35,478 nucleotides of DNA from an uncultured Spirochaetota bacterium. Its GTDB lineage: Bacteria; Spirochaetota; Spirochaetia; SZUA-6; Fen-1364. Of this stretch, positions 1 through 8,737 are shown piece by piece. The stretch covers positions 1 to 35,478 of the forward strand of contig CAVTHO010000002.1 of the NCBI GenBank assembly GCA_963734545.1, written 5' to 3'. Within the stretch, counting starts at the first letter, position 1. Every line of letters begins with the position of its first letter. The translations under genes and the position numbers were made by a program. Under the pieces are notes generated by a model. It searched no databases. It was not told the DNA's origin and saw nothing but the letters and a program-made list of their open reading frames with translations.

Positions 1-126
1 CGACAGCCCGCCCGCGTCCCGTAGCGGCTGCGCGTCCCGGTGCCCGCGTGCCCGGCCGCGGAAAAGCGGAAGCGCACGCCACGCTGCCGGGAAATACTTG
101 TCTTTACCCGGACTCGTCGCAGCATA

Positions 127-140
127 TTAGATATGTCTAT
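127..140. promoter_or_regulatory. Putative DtxR/MntR-family operator (TTAGATATGTCTAT)
   Basis: AT-rich imperfect palindrome TTAG-N6-CTA(T) just upstream of the AGAGGAG SD of a DtxR-family gene; resembles TTAG..CTAA metalloregulator boxes, so autoregulation is inferred. Confidence 0.45.
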
Positions 141-157
141 CTTATTAGTTAGAGGAG

Positions 158-840
158 ATGAGCATGGAAACAACGCTTTCAGGGACTCTGCAGGATTACC
201 TCAAGGCCATCTATTGCCTGGAAAAAGAGGCGGGGGGAGTTTCGCGTCTCTGCTTGCCCGGGCACTGGGGGTTTCCCTTCCCTCGGTGACGAGCATGATG
301 CGAAAGCTGGCCTCACGAAAGCTCGTTTCCTACACGCCGTATCTTTCCATCGCCCTCACCCGGGCAGGGGAACGACAGGCGCTCGAGGTGGTGCGCCACC
401 ACCGACTCCTGGAGACGTATCTCCAGAAGGCGCTCGGATTCACCCTGGAGACCGTGCACGGGGAGGCTGACCGCCTCGAGCACGCGATGTCCGAGGCCCT
501 GGAAGAGAAGATCGATGCCTACCTTGGTCATCCTGCGTTCGATCCGCATGGCTTCGCCCATTCCTGACAGCACCGGCCGCGTGAAGCAAAGGGCGCTCGT
601 TGCGCTTACGGCGCTCCACGCCGGTGAGCACGCCGTGGTCCGGCAGATCACCTGCCGGGAGCCCGGCCAGCTTCGTCACCTCGAGTCCATCGGTCTCGTG
701 CCGGGTGTCTCCGTTCGGGTCAGGCCGGCCGAGCCGGGGAGCGGGATCGTGCACCTGGAGCTCTCCTCCGGCCCGAAGAGCCGATCGGGGAGACTCTCGC
801 ATCCTGCGTGCTCGTCTCCCGCGCGGGAGGCGCCCCGTGA
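158..840 (+). CDS. DtxR/MntR-family metal-dependent repressor with C-terminal FeoA domain (3 apparent frameshifts, ~240, ~552, ~780)
   Basis: Segments in successive frames: MSMETTLSGTLQDYLKAIY; LARALGVSLPSVTSMMRKL...HHRLLETYL...EADRLEH...DPHG; SPIP...FeoA-like LESIGLVPG; SD AGAGGAG; stop TGA 838-840 overlaps the next start. Confidence 0.85.
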
Positions 841-1874
841 TCGTCACGCGTGCTCGCTTTGTCCATGCTGCGGTGTTTCTCCTTGCTTTCGCAGGCTTTC
901 TCGTGAGCTGCACGGGCAGCGGCACGGACGCGGCCAGGCCCAGACGGGCAGCTCACTCTCCATTGGCCTCACACGAGGCAGAGGGAACGAGGCACGCCGG
1001 CGCATTCATGCCCGGTGTGGTTGGCGAGGTCGATACGGCCGCCAATGGTTTCGATCCAGCGGCGATTCTCACCGATTTCGACTACGGCTCTGTCAGCATC
1101 CTGCCGACCGGTCAGCGCCTGAGGGAATACTGGTTCACCGCGGAGATCAGGGACGTCGAGGTCGTGCCGGGAATCGTGTACACGGCATGGACGTACAATT
1201 GCCGGGTTCCCGGCCCGACCATCCGGGCAACCGAGGGAGACCGGATCAGGATCCATTTCCATAATGCCACGCCTCATCCGCATTCGATCCATTTCCACAC
1301 GGTGCATCCGGCCGGTATGGACGGCGTGTACGAGCCGGTGGAGCCGGGCGGAAGCTTCCTGTACGAGTTCGACGCGGCGCCTTTCGGAGTGCATCCCTAT
1401 CACTGTCACGTCATGCCGCTTGCCAGCCATATAAGCCGCGGTCTCTACGGGGCCATGATCATCGATCCCCGGCAGGGGAGGCCCCGTGCGGATCAGGAGC
1501 TCGTCATGGTCATGGCGGGAAACGACATCGACTTCGACAATGCGAATGATTTCTACAATGTGAATTTCATTCCCTTCTATTATGACCGGCACCCTATCAA
1601 GGTGAAGAAAGAAGCCCTCGTGCGCGTGTACCTCGTGAACATGCTCGAATTCGACCAGAGCAACTCGTTCCACATTCACGCCAATTTCTTCGATTATTAT
1701 CCCACGGGAACGAGCCTTGCGCCTTCCGAGCACACGGACACGATCGCGCAGATGCAGGCCCAGCGTGGAATCCTCGAATTCCGGTACCATTTTCCCGGCC
1801 GCTACATGTTCCACGCGCACAAGACCGAGTTCGCGGAGCTGGGCTGGACAGGCGTGCTCGAAGTGGAGGAGTAA
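837..1874 (+). CDS. Two-domain multicopper oxidase, predicted lipoprotein
   Basis: Cu motifs HPHSIHFH, HPYHCH-x5-HISRGL, SFHIH, YMFHAH; GTG start overlaps the dtxR stop with SD GGGAGG; hydrophobic N-terminus ending LVSC (lipobox). Confidence 0.9.
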   Translation: MIVTRARFVHAAVFLLAFAGFLVSCTGSGTDAARPRRAAHSPLASHEAEGTRHAGAFMPGVVGEVDTAANGFDPAAILTDFDYGSVSILPTGQRLREYWFTAEIRDVEVVPGIVYTAWTYNCRVPGPTIRATEGDRIRIHFHNATPHPHSIHFHTVHPAGMDGVYEPVEPGGSFLYEFDAAPFGVHPYHCHVMPLASHISRGLYGAMIIDPRQGRPRADQELVMVMAGNDIDFDNANDFYNVNFIPFYYDRHPIKVKKEALVRVYLVNMLEFDQSNSFHIHANFFDYYPTGTSLAPSEHTDTIAQMQAQRGILEFRYHFPGRYMFHAHKTEFAELGWTGVLEVEE

Positions 1875-1877
1875 GCC

Positions 1878-3068
1878 ATGAAAGCCATCGAAAATGGAGC
1901 CCGCCGCGGGCCGGGAATGACCCTTCTGCTCTTCAGCGTCCCCGTGATCCTTCTTGCCGGCGTTATCGCGGTCTTCCTGAAGACGAACGGCGCCGGGCTG
2001 AAGGTGCAGCCGGCGGCGCCCATCGAAAGCCTGGTGTTCGAGAAGACGACTCTCCGGCCGGGTATCATCGACCTGCACGTGCGCAACACGAGCCCCCAGG
2101 ACATCACCCTCGCTCAGGTGGACGTGCGTGATGCCTTTGTTTCCTTTCGTGTGAGCCCTGACCGGACCGTGCCGAGGCTCGGCAGGGCCGTGGTGAGCAT
2201 CCCGTATCCCTGGGTCGAAGGGGAGGCGTATGCGATCCGGATCTTCACGGGCAACTCGGTCCCGTTCGATACCACTATCGATGCGGCGGCCGAGACCCGG
2301 GGCGCCGAAGCCGGCACGCTACTGAGCTTTACGCTCATCGGCCTGTACGTCGGGGTCGTGCCCGTGTTTCTCGGGATGTTCTGGTTTCCGCTCCTGCGGC
2401 GTCTTGGCAAGCGCGCATTTCTCGCCTTGATGGCCCTCACGGTAGGGCTGCTCCTTTACCTCGGAATCGACGCGGCAAACGAGGCCCTCGAGTCGGCCGC
2501 CCTCATCGGCGGGCCTTTCCAGGGTGTGGGACTCATCGGCATCGGCATCGTGGCGACAATTCTCGGGCTCCATGCCGTGGCCCGGCTGCAGTCACGCTCA
2601 GGGGCCGGCGAAGCGACACACCGCATCCGGGTCGCATTCATGATCGCCCTGGGGATCGGGTTGCACAATCTCGGCGAAGGTCTTGCCATAGGCGCCTCGT
2701 TCAGTATCGGCGCGGCAGCCCTTGGCACCTTTCTGGTGATCGGCTTCATCTTGCAGAACATCACGGAGGGGCTGGGGATCGTTGCCACCATCGTGAAGGA
2801 GAAGCCATCCCTCGGCACCCTTGCGGGACTCGGTCTCCTCGGCGGCGCGCCCGCAATTGCCGGGACCTGGGTGGGCGGTCTCGTGTACTCGCCGATCCTC
2901 TCGGTGCTCTTTCTCTCGGTCGGGGCGGGCGCGGTCCTCGAGGTCGCCTGGGAGATCGTGAAGCTGATCAGGCAGGACGTCCAGTCCGCGCGCATGCCCC
3001 TGACTGTCGCGGGCGGCGCCGTGGCCGGGATGTCGCTGCTCTACCTGACGGGCCTCCTGGTCAAATAG
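1878..3068 (+). CDS. ZIP-family metal transporter with N-terminal extracytoplasmic domain
   Basis: About 8 hydrophobic helices with HNLGEG and QNITEG metal-site motifs; N-terminal TM plus a beta-rich soluble domain; starts 3 nt after the MCO stop. Confidence 0.85.
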   Translation: MKAIENGARRGPGMTLLLFSVPVILLAGVIAVFLKTNGAGLKVQPAAPIESLVFEKTTLRPGIIDLHVRNTSPQDITLAQVDVRDAFVSFRVSPDRTVPRLGRAVVSIPYPWVEGEAYAIRIFTGNSVPFDTTIDAAAETRGAEAGTLLSFTLIGLYVGVVPVFLGMFWFPLLRRLGKRAFLALMALTVGLLLYLGIDAANEALESAALIGGPFQGVGLIGIGIVATILGLHAVARLQSRSGAGEATHRIRVAFMIALGIGLHNLGEGLAIGASFSIGAAALGTFLVIGFILQNITEGLGIVATIVKEKPSLGTLAGLGLLGGAPAIAGTWVGGLVYSPILSVLFLSVGAGAVLEVAWEIVKLIRQDVQSARMPLTVAGGAVAGMSLLYLTGLLVK

Positions 3069-3079
3069 GAGGCCGCAGC

Positions 3080-4207
3080 TCACGCCCTCAGGTCCGCATC
3101 GATGGGAGACGACTTGATGAGATCCGTCAGGCGGCGGTGCCAGGCGATGTCCCGCCACATGCCGACGAATTGCGGCCCGCAGAAGTTCGAGGTGGCGATG
3201 GCGACCCATCTGCCCTGCGAGGCGGCATGCGCGACCCCCCTGGCCGTCAGGTCCTTGACCCAGCCCCAGTCCAGGCCCGGCCAGTCCTTGTAGTCGACAA
3301 CCGCCCAGCATTCGGTGGTGATGAGCGGCTTCTTCGAGGCGCGTGACCAGGCCGCGACATTGTCGATTTCGGCGATGAGGGCGGCATCGTACCTCGCCTT
3401 GCTGCCGTTGTAGACGCGATAGCCGTTCTCGACGATGTGCGCGAATCCCACCGGATCGAACTTCTCGAAGTGGTAGCCGACGCGTTCGTTCCAGTCGCTG
3501 GTTTCCGGATTCGACATCCAGATGTGCGGCTCCAGAAAATCGAGCATGGAAACATCCTGCTCTTTCCAGTCGCGGTACTGCGAGCAGAATGAAAACGTAT
3601 AGTCGAGAGTCGGGTAGAGGCCCGCAACCTCCCCGATAGCGTCGCGCATCCAGGAGGCCATTTCCGGCGATGCGCGCAGCTTCTCCTCAGTGGACGGAGC
3701 GTTCTCGTTGCCGCCGTAGAGATACGGCGTCCAGAAAGGGACGGGAAACTCGTTGCTGAAATCCACATAGAGCAGGGCGTCAATGAGCCCCGCCTCGTCG
3801 AGGTAGCGCAGCGTGTCCCGCCAGATCCGCGCGTGGTCGCCGGGCGCCCGGATCCGGTTCCGGAGGCCGGACGCTTCGAGTCGATTCCATGTCGAGAGAC
3901 CGACCAGGATCTTGCGGTCACGGCATTTCCCGATGAAATCCCGCAGCGCCGGGCCGACCCGCACCTCCACCTTCGACTGCGCCCCCCACGCGGTCTGATT
4001 CCAGGCAGGGAGCAGCTCCCAGGCCTTGTCCGCCGAGGCGGACAGGAGGTGCGGGTAGGCGTCGATGCGCACGGCGTCATAGCCGCGGGCGGCAAGCTCA
4101 TCCAGCGCCTGGTCCCAGTCCTCGTACCCTGCTCCGGGCCATCGACGCTCGAGCCAGGAAAAGTCCCACATTGCGATGGCGAGCGGCCGCTCGATGTGAT
4201 GCTTCAC
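3080..4207 (-). CDS. Cellulase-like (GH-A clan / sugar-binding cellulase-like) family protein
   Basis: Family signature AIAMWDFSWLERRWPGAGYEDWD, RGYDAVRIDAYPH, candidate catalytic SNE and TEC motifs; GTG start overlaps the sigma-factor stop, SD GGAGGA. Confidence 0.75.
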   Translation of the reverse strand: MKHHIERPLAIAMWDFSWLERRWPGAGYEDWDQALDELAARGYDAVRIDAYPHLLSASADKAWELLPAWNQTAWGAQSKVEVRVGPALRDFIGKCRDRKILVGLSTWNRLEASGLRNRIRAPGDHARIWRDTLRYLDEAGLIDALLYVDFSNEFPVPFWTPYLYGGNENAPSTEEKLRASPEMASWMRDAIGEVAGLYPTLDYTFSFCSQYRDWKEQDVSMLDFLEPHIWMSNPETSDWNERVGYHFEKFDPVGFAHIVENGYRVYNGSKARYDAALIAEIDNVAAWSRASKKPLITTECWAVVDYKDWPGLDWGWVKDLTARGVAHAASQGRWVAIATSNFCGPQFVGMWRDIAWHRRLTDLIKSSPIDADLRA

Positions 4208-5502
4208 AGGGAATCCTCCCTCGGGCTGGTCGCGCACGCCCGGGCGCGCGCGAGGAGCACCTCGCGCTCACGCGCGTTCTGCGTAAGCGACGCCGCATGC
4301 TCGAACTCGGCGCGTGCCTCGTCGAGCCTGCCCAGCTTGAAGAGGAGGTCTCCTCGGACCCCCGGCAGGAGGTGGTAGGCTTTCAGCGAAGGCTCCGAGG
4401 TCAGCGTGTCCACCACCTCGAGGCCTGCCGCGGGGCCGAATGCCATACCGCGGGCCACGGCGCGATTCAGCTCGACGACAGGAGACGGGGTGAGCGCGGC
4501 GAGCGCCTCGTAGAGCGCCGAGATGCGGGCCCAGTCTGTCTCCGCCGCGGTGCGCGCCCTGGCGTGACAGGCGGCGATCGCGGCCTGGAGCCCATACGGG
4601 CCATACGTGCCGTCCGGCGACACGGCGCGCTCGAGCGCCGCGAGACCGCGATGGATGAGAAGCTGGTCCCAACGGGCGCGGTCCTGATCCAGGAGCAGGA
4701 TGGGCTCACCCGTCGGTCCCACGCGCGCCCTCAATCGTGACGCCTGGATTTCCATGAGGGCGACCAGCCCGTGGACCTCAGGCTCCCGCGGAGCGAGCTC
4801 CGAGAGGATGCGGCCCAGACGGAGCGCATCCTCGCAGAGGCCGGGGCGTACCCAGTCCTCACCCCGGGTGGCCGAGTAGCCTTCATTGAACACGAGGTAG
4901 ATGACCTCGAGCACCGACGACAGGCGGGGGGCAAGGTCTTGCGCGCGGGGGACTTCGAAGGGGACATCCGCTTCGGAAAGGGTGCGCTTGGCCCGGACGA
5001 TTCGTTGGGCGATGGTCGGCTCCGAGACCAGGAACGCCCGCGCAATCTCCTCTGTCTTCAGGCCTCCGAGCAGGCGCAGCGTGAGAGCAATGCGCGCCTC
5101 GGAAGAGAGCACCGGATGACAGGCGGTGAACATGAGGCGCAGGATATCGTCGCCTACCACGGCGTCATCGGCGTCGGCGATCGCGTCGTCCTCTGCCGCG
5201 GTCATGTCCTGCTGGATCTCGAGCGCCCGACCGAGCTCTTCATGCTTGCGCGCGAGCCGTTTGCTCCGGCGCAGCCAGTCGATGGCGCGACGTTTCGCGA
5301 CCGTCATGAGCCAGGCGCCGGGGTTTTCCGGCACACCCGACACCGGCCATTGCTCGAGCGCGACGACCAGGGCGTCCTGCGCGAGCTCCTCGGCGAGCCC
5401 GATGTCGCGCACCATGCGCGCGACACAGGCGATGACCCTGGCCGACTCGATTCTCCAGACTGCGTCGACCGTGCGATGCGTATCGGGGGCCGTCGTATCC
5501 AC
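4204..5502 (-). CDS. ECF42-type RNA polymerase sigma factor with C-terminal DUF6596/TPR extension
   Basis: LAEELAQDAL, GAWLMTVAKRRAID, LRLMFTACHP, ALTLRLLGGL..EIARAFL, YLVFNEGY, QAAIAACH, SPVVELNRAVA. Confidence 0.9.
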   Translation of the reverse strand: MDTTAPDTHRTVDAVWRIESARVIACVARMVRDIGLAEELAQDALVVALEQWPVSGVPENPGAWLMTVAKRRAIDWLRRSKRLARKHEELGRALEIQQDMTAAEDDAIADADDAVVGDDILRLMFTACHPVLSSEARIALTLRLLGGLKTEEIARAFLVSEPTIAQRIVRAKRTLSEADVPFEVPRAQDLAPRLSSVLEVIYLVFNEGYSATRGEDWVRPGLCEDALRLGRILSELAPREPEVHGLVALMEIQASRLRARVGPTGEPILLLDQDRARWDQLLIHRGLAALERAVSPDGTYGPYGLQAAIAACHARARTAAETDWARISALYEALAALTPSPVVELNRAVARGMAFGPAAGLEVVDTLTSEPSLKAYHLLPGVRGDLLFKLGRLDEARAEFEHAASLTQNAREREVLLARARACATSPREDSL

Positions 5503-5508
5503 TCACCG

Positions 5509-5537
5509 AATGTAGCGAAAACCGGTACGGCCAGCAA
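5509..5537 (-). promoter_or_regulatory. Sigma70-type promoter, leaderless (TTGCTG-N17-TACATT-N6-GTG)
   Basis: Hexamers and spacing read directly from the minus strand; no SD before the GTG at 5502. Confidence 0.55.
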
Positions 5538-5576
5538 ACAGGAGCCGCGCCGCACATCAAGGAGGAATTCCGATCG

Positions 5577-5605
5577 TTGACCCATGCGGAGGGGAGTGCG
5601 ATACT
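5577..5605 (+). promoter_or_regulatory. Sigma70-type promoter for the ABC operon (TTGACC-N17-GATACT with TGn extension)
   Basis: TTGACC 5577-5582, TG 5597-5598, GATACT 5600-5605; SD GAGGAGG follows. Confidence 0.6.
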
Positions 5606-5642
5606 CTGGGGCGGGCCGACGAGGTCGGGCCGAGGAGGAAGT

Positions 5643-6887
5643 ATGAGGAAGTTCATCGCAGTCCTGTTCGCTCTTGCCGTCACGTTTGCCGCGGGAGCCC
5701 AGACAAAAGAGATCCGGGTTCTCCTTGCAAACCATCCGTATGGGGACCTCCTGAAAGCCGCGATCCCCGAGTTCGAATCAGCGAGCGGCGTCACGGTCAA
5801 CCTGGAGAGCTACCAGGAGTCGCAGCTCACGACCAAGCTGACAACCGAGTTCGCGACCGGCTCATCGACCGTGGACGTCTTCATGACCCGGCCCCTGCAG
5901 GAAGGGAAGATGTTCTACAAGAACGGCTGGTTCGAGCCCCTGACAAGCTACGATTTCAGCGACTTCCCGAAGAATGCCTTGAGCGTCACGACGTTCGGGA
6001 CCAAGACCTACATAGTCCCCCTCGTTACCGAATGGCAGGTCCTCTACTACAGGAAGGACCTTCTCAAGAAGGCGGGGATCAGGCCGCCGGCGACGTTCGC
6101 GGAGCTGGAGACGGCGGCAAAGAAGCTCGCCACGGGCGACGTTGCCGGGTTCGCCTCCCGCGGCAAGGGCGCGGCGGCGGTGACACAGCTTTCGAGCTAC
6201 CTGTATAACTTCGGCGGGCTCTACCTCGACAAGGGCAGGGCGGTGTTCGACTCCAAGGAAGCGCTCGATGCCATCCGCTTCTATGGGAAGATGCTCGGCA
6301 CGTACGGGCCGCAAGGCGTCACCGCAATGTCCTGGGAGAACATCATGCCCCTCTTCCAGGCCGGGAAGGTCGCCATGTGGACCGATGCGTCGGTGTTCTA
6401 CGGCCAGATCATCGACCCGTCCAAGTCCCAGGTGCCGGCTGAGAACGTGGGCATCGCCACTTTCCCCGCGGGGCCGAAGCAGAACACGCCGTTCGTCGTG
6501 GTCTCCTGGGGCATGGCGATTGCCAAGAAATCGACGCACAAGGACCTGGCGCAGCAGTTCCTCGCGTGGGCGACCAGCAAGGACCTTGCCAAGCGCGGCA
6601 TGCTCGCCAATATCACCATGGCGCGCTCTTCCGCCTGGGTGGACAAGGACGTTGTGGCGAAGGTGAATCCCGGGCTCATCGAGACCAGGGCCTTTGCCGC
6701 CAGGAACGGGTACCCGCTCGACCGGCCGTACATGAGCGCGGTGGGAGAGGCACGGGACCGCATCGGCGAGCTCGTCATCGAATCCATCAACACCGACGGC
6801 AACTCCCCGAACCTCGAAAAGATGGCCAGGGAAAAGATCCAGAAGGTCAACGAGCTGCTCGAGGACACCGGAGAGTTCGGAATGTAG
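5643..6887 (+). CDS. Sugar ABC transporter substrate-binding protein
   Basis: Signal peptide MRKFIAVLFALAVTFAAGA; LYYRKDL, FQAGKVAM, SWGMAI motifs of CUT1 SBPs; strong SD. Confidence 0.92.
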   Translation: MRKFIAVLFALAVTFAAGAQTKEIRVLLANHPYGDLLKAAIPEFESASGVTVNLESYQESQLTTKLTTEFATGSSTVDVFMTRPLQEGKMFYKNGWFEPLTSYDFSDFPKNALSVTTFGTKTYIVPLVTEWQVLYYRKDLLKKAGIRPPATFAELETAAKKLATGDVAGFASRGKGAAAVTQLSSYLYNFGGLYLDKGRAVFDSKEALDAIRFYGKMLGTYGPQGVTAMSWENIMPLFQAGKVAMWTDASVFYGQIIDPSKSQVPAENVGIATFPAGPKQNTPFVVVSWGMAIAKKSTHKDLAQQFLAWATSKDLAKRGMLANITMARSSAWVDKDVVAKVNPGLIETRAFAARNGYPLDRPYMSAVGEARDRIGELVIESINTDGNSPNLEKMAREKIQKVNELLEDTGEFGM

Positions 6888-6935
6888 GGACGTCCCCTGC
6901 GTCCTCGCAACCGTGCACAGCACGCCGGGGCGCCC

Positions 6936-6983
6936 GCGCGCTCCGGTGCGCTTTTCCGTCCCGCCCCTGCACCCGGAGCGTGC
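6936..6983 (+). promoter_or_regulatory. Intercistronic stem-loop covering the permease SD
   Basis: GCGCGCTCCGG (6936-6946) pairs with CCGGAGCGTGC (6973-6983), 11 bp with one G-U; such stems commonly follow SBP genes. Confidence 0.45.
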
Positions 6984-6986
6984 CGC

Positions 6987-7865
6987 ATGATAAGAACCGG
7001 ATTCGTCGAGCGGAATTTCCGCATCCTCTTCCCGCTGCCGGCCCTGACATTTGTCGTCGTGATGATGCTTTTCCCTGTCCTCTATACGCTCTTCCTCAGC
7101 ACGACGAACTGGAACCTTACCACCGGTATGCCGCTCCGGATCGTCGGCCTCGCCAGTTATGCCCGGATCCTTGCCGAGCCCCGATTTCTCGACGCCGTGG
7201 GCCGGACTTTTCTCTTTACCGTGCTCGCCGTGAGCGTCGAGACCGTGCTCGGGGTGGGTCTTGCCCTGATCTTCAATCGGCAGTTCCGGGGAAAGGGCTT
7301 CCTGAAGCTTTTTCTCCTGCTTCCGCTCGTCGCCACGCCCGTGGCAATCGGGATCGTGTGGAATCTCTTCTTCGACCCGACCATCGGGCTGGCGAATTTC
7401 GTCCTGAGGCTGTTCGGGCTGCCGCCGAGCGCATGGGTTTCCAACGCCGCCACGGTGATCCCCTCGCTCGTTCTCGTGGACGTGTGGCAGTGGACTCCGA
7501 TGATCGCCCTCATTGTTCTTGCCGGCCTTGCCGGGCTTGCCACCGAGCCGTACGAATCCGCCCGGGTGGACGGGGCGAGCGATCCGCAGATTTTCTGGCG
7601 CATCACGCTGCCCATGGTCCTGCCGACCGTGCTGACCGCCATGATCCTCAGGTCCATTGACGCGTTGAAGACTTTCGACATCATCTTCGCCATGACCGGG
7701 GGCGGTCCCGGGTACGCCTCTGAAACTCTCAACATTCTCGGATTCAAGTACAGCTTCGAGTACTTCAGGATGGGTCAATCATCGGTGATCCTCGTCTTTC
7801 TCTTCCTGATCGTCCTGGCGTGGAGCATCGGCATCATGCGGCTGCGCGCGCGCGTGGAAAGGTGA
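6987..7865 (+). CDS. Sugar ABC transporter permease (MalF/UgpA-like)
   Basis: DVWQWTP, EAA loop YESARVDGAS, ITLP, FDIIFAMTGGGPG. Confidence 0.93.
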   Translation: MIRTGFVERNFRILFPLPALTFVVVMMLFPVLYTLFLSTTNWNLTTGMPLRIVGLASYARILAEPRFLDAVGRTFLFTVLAVSVETVLGVGLALIFNRQFRGKGFLKLFLLLPLVATPVAIGIVWNLFFDPTIGLANFVLRLFGLPPSAWVSNAATVIPSLVLVDVWQWTPMIALIVLAGLAGLATEPYESARVDGASDPQIFWRITLPMVLPTVLTAMILRSIDALKTFDIIFAMTGGGPGYASETLNILGFKYSFEYFRMGQSSVILVFLFLIVLAWSIGIMRLRARVER

Positions 7866-7876
7866 GGGGGGCGCCC

Positions 7877-8692
7877 GTGCCGAGAAGAATCGCGCTCCGC
7901 ATCTCCTTCGTGGCCCTGCTCGTGCTCGTCACCCTCATCGTCCTGTTCCCCTTTCTCTGGATGCTCGCCTCGTCACTCAAGAGCCAGGTCGACATCATCG
8001 CGTGGCCGCCTCGCCTGCTTTTCCATCCCACCCTGCGCAACTACGAACGGGTCTTCGGAGAGCAGGACTTCCTCAAATACTTCTTCAATTCCACGCTCGT
8101 GGGAACGTCCGCGGTGGGGGCGGCGCTTCTGCTCGGGCTTCCCGCCGCCTACTCGATTTCCCGGTTCCGGCAGCGGCGGCTCTCCGTCTTCATCCTGGTG
8201 GCAAGGCTCATGCCGGGCATTTCGTTTCTCATGCCCTGGTACATCATCTTTTCCCGGATCCGCCTCATGGACACCTACATCGCCCTTATCCTCTCCCACC
8301 TGCTCATTGCGCTGCCCCTCGTGGTCTGGATCATGGCAAGCTATTTCGAGAGCGTTCCCGAGGAGATGGAAGAATCCGCACGGGTGGACGGCGCCACCCG
8401 GCAGAAAGCGTTTCTCTCCATCATCCTTCCCCTGTCGGGGCCAGGTGTGGTGACGGCAACGACCCTCTCCTTCATCTTCTCATGGAACAACTTCATGTTC
8501 TCCCAGGTTCTCAGCATGGAGAAAACCAAGACCCTGCCCATCGCGGTTTACAATTTCGTTTCCTATGCGGAGGTGGACTGGGGGGCGGTCATGGCCGCTG
8601 CCGTGGCCATCATCGCGCCGGCTATCGTGCTGACCATGGCCTTTCAGAAGTACGTCGTGAAAGGCCTGACGATGGGCGCCGTCAAGGGATAA
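7877..8692 (+). CDS. Sugar ABC transporter permease (MalG/UgpE-like); alternative start 7862
   Basis: PFLWMLASSLK, EESARVDGAT, FIFSWNNF, FQKYVVKGLTMGAVKG. Confidence 0.93.
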   Translation: MPRRIALRISFVALLVLVTLIVLFPFLWMLASSLKSQVDIIAWPPRLLFHPTLRNYERVFGEQDFLKYFFNSTLVGTSAVGAALLLGLPAAYSISRFRQRRLSVFILVARLMPGISFLMPWYIIFSRIRLMDTYIALILSHLLIALPLVVWIMASYFESVPEEMEESARVDGATRQKAFLSIILPLSGPGVVTATTLSFIFSWNNFMFSQVLSMEKTKTLPIAVYNFVSYAEVDWGAVMAAAVAIIAPAIVLTMAFQKYVVKGLTMGAVKG

Positions 8693-8701
8693 CGTCACGC
8701 G

Positions 8702-8730
8702 TTGACTCTGGCTGCCGTCTCCCTTATCCT
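8702..8730 (+). promoter_or_regulatory. Sigma70-type promoter, leaderless (TTGACT-N17-TATCCT-N7-ATG)
   Basis: TTGACT 8702-8707, TATCCT 8725-8730, ATG 8738, no SD. Confidence 0.65.
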
Positions 8731-8737
8731 CTGCACC

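Noticed and set aside
1-60. Short CGCGT(C/G)CC repeats at the window start
   Set aside because: Low-complexity GC-rich sequence with irregular spacing, truncated by the window edge
5862-7778. 638-aa minus-strand ORF and similar long antisense ORFs (969-2078, 8480-9568, 12160-13059)
   Set aside because: Shadow frames of well-supported plus-strand genes in GC-rich DNA; no recognisable motifs
5643-8692. Missing ABC ATPase as evidence of a broken transporter
   Set aside because: CUT1 sugar transporters commonly share an MsmK/MsmX-type ATPase encoded elsewhere
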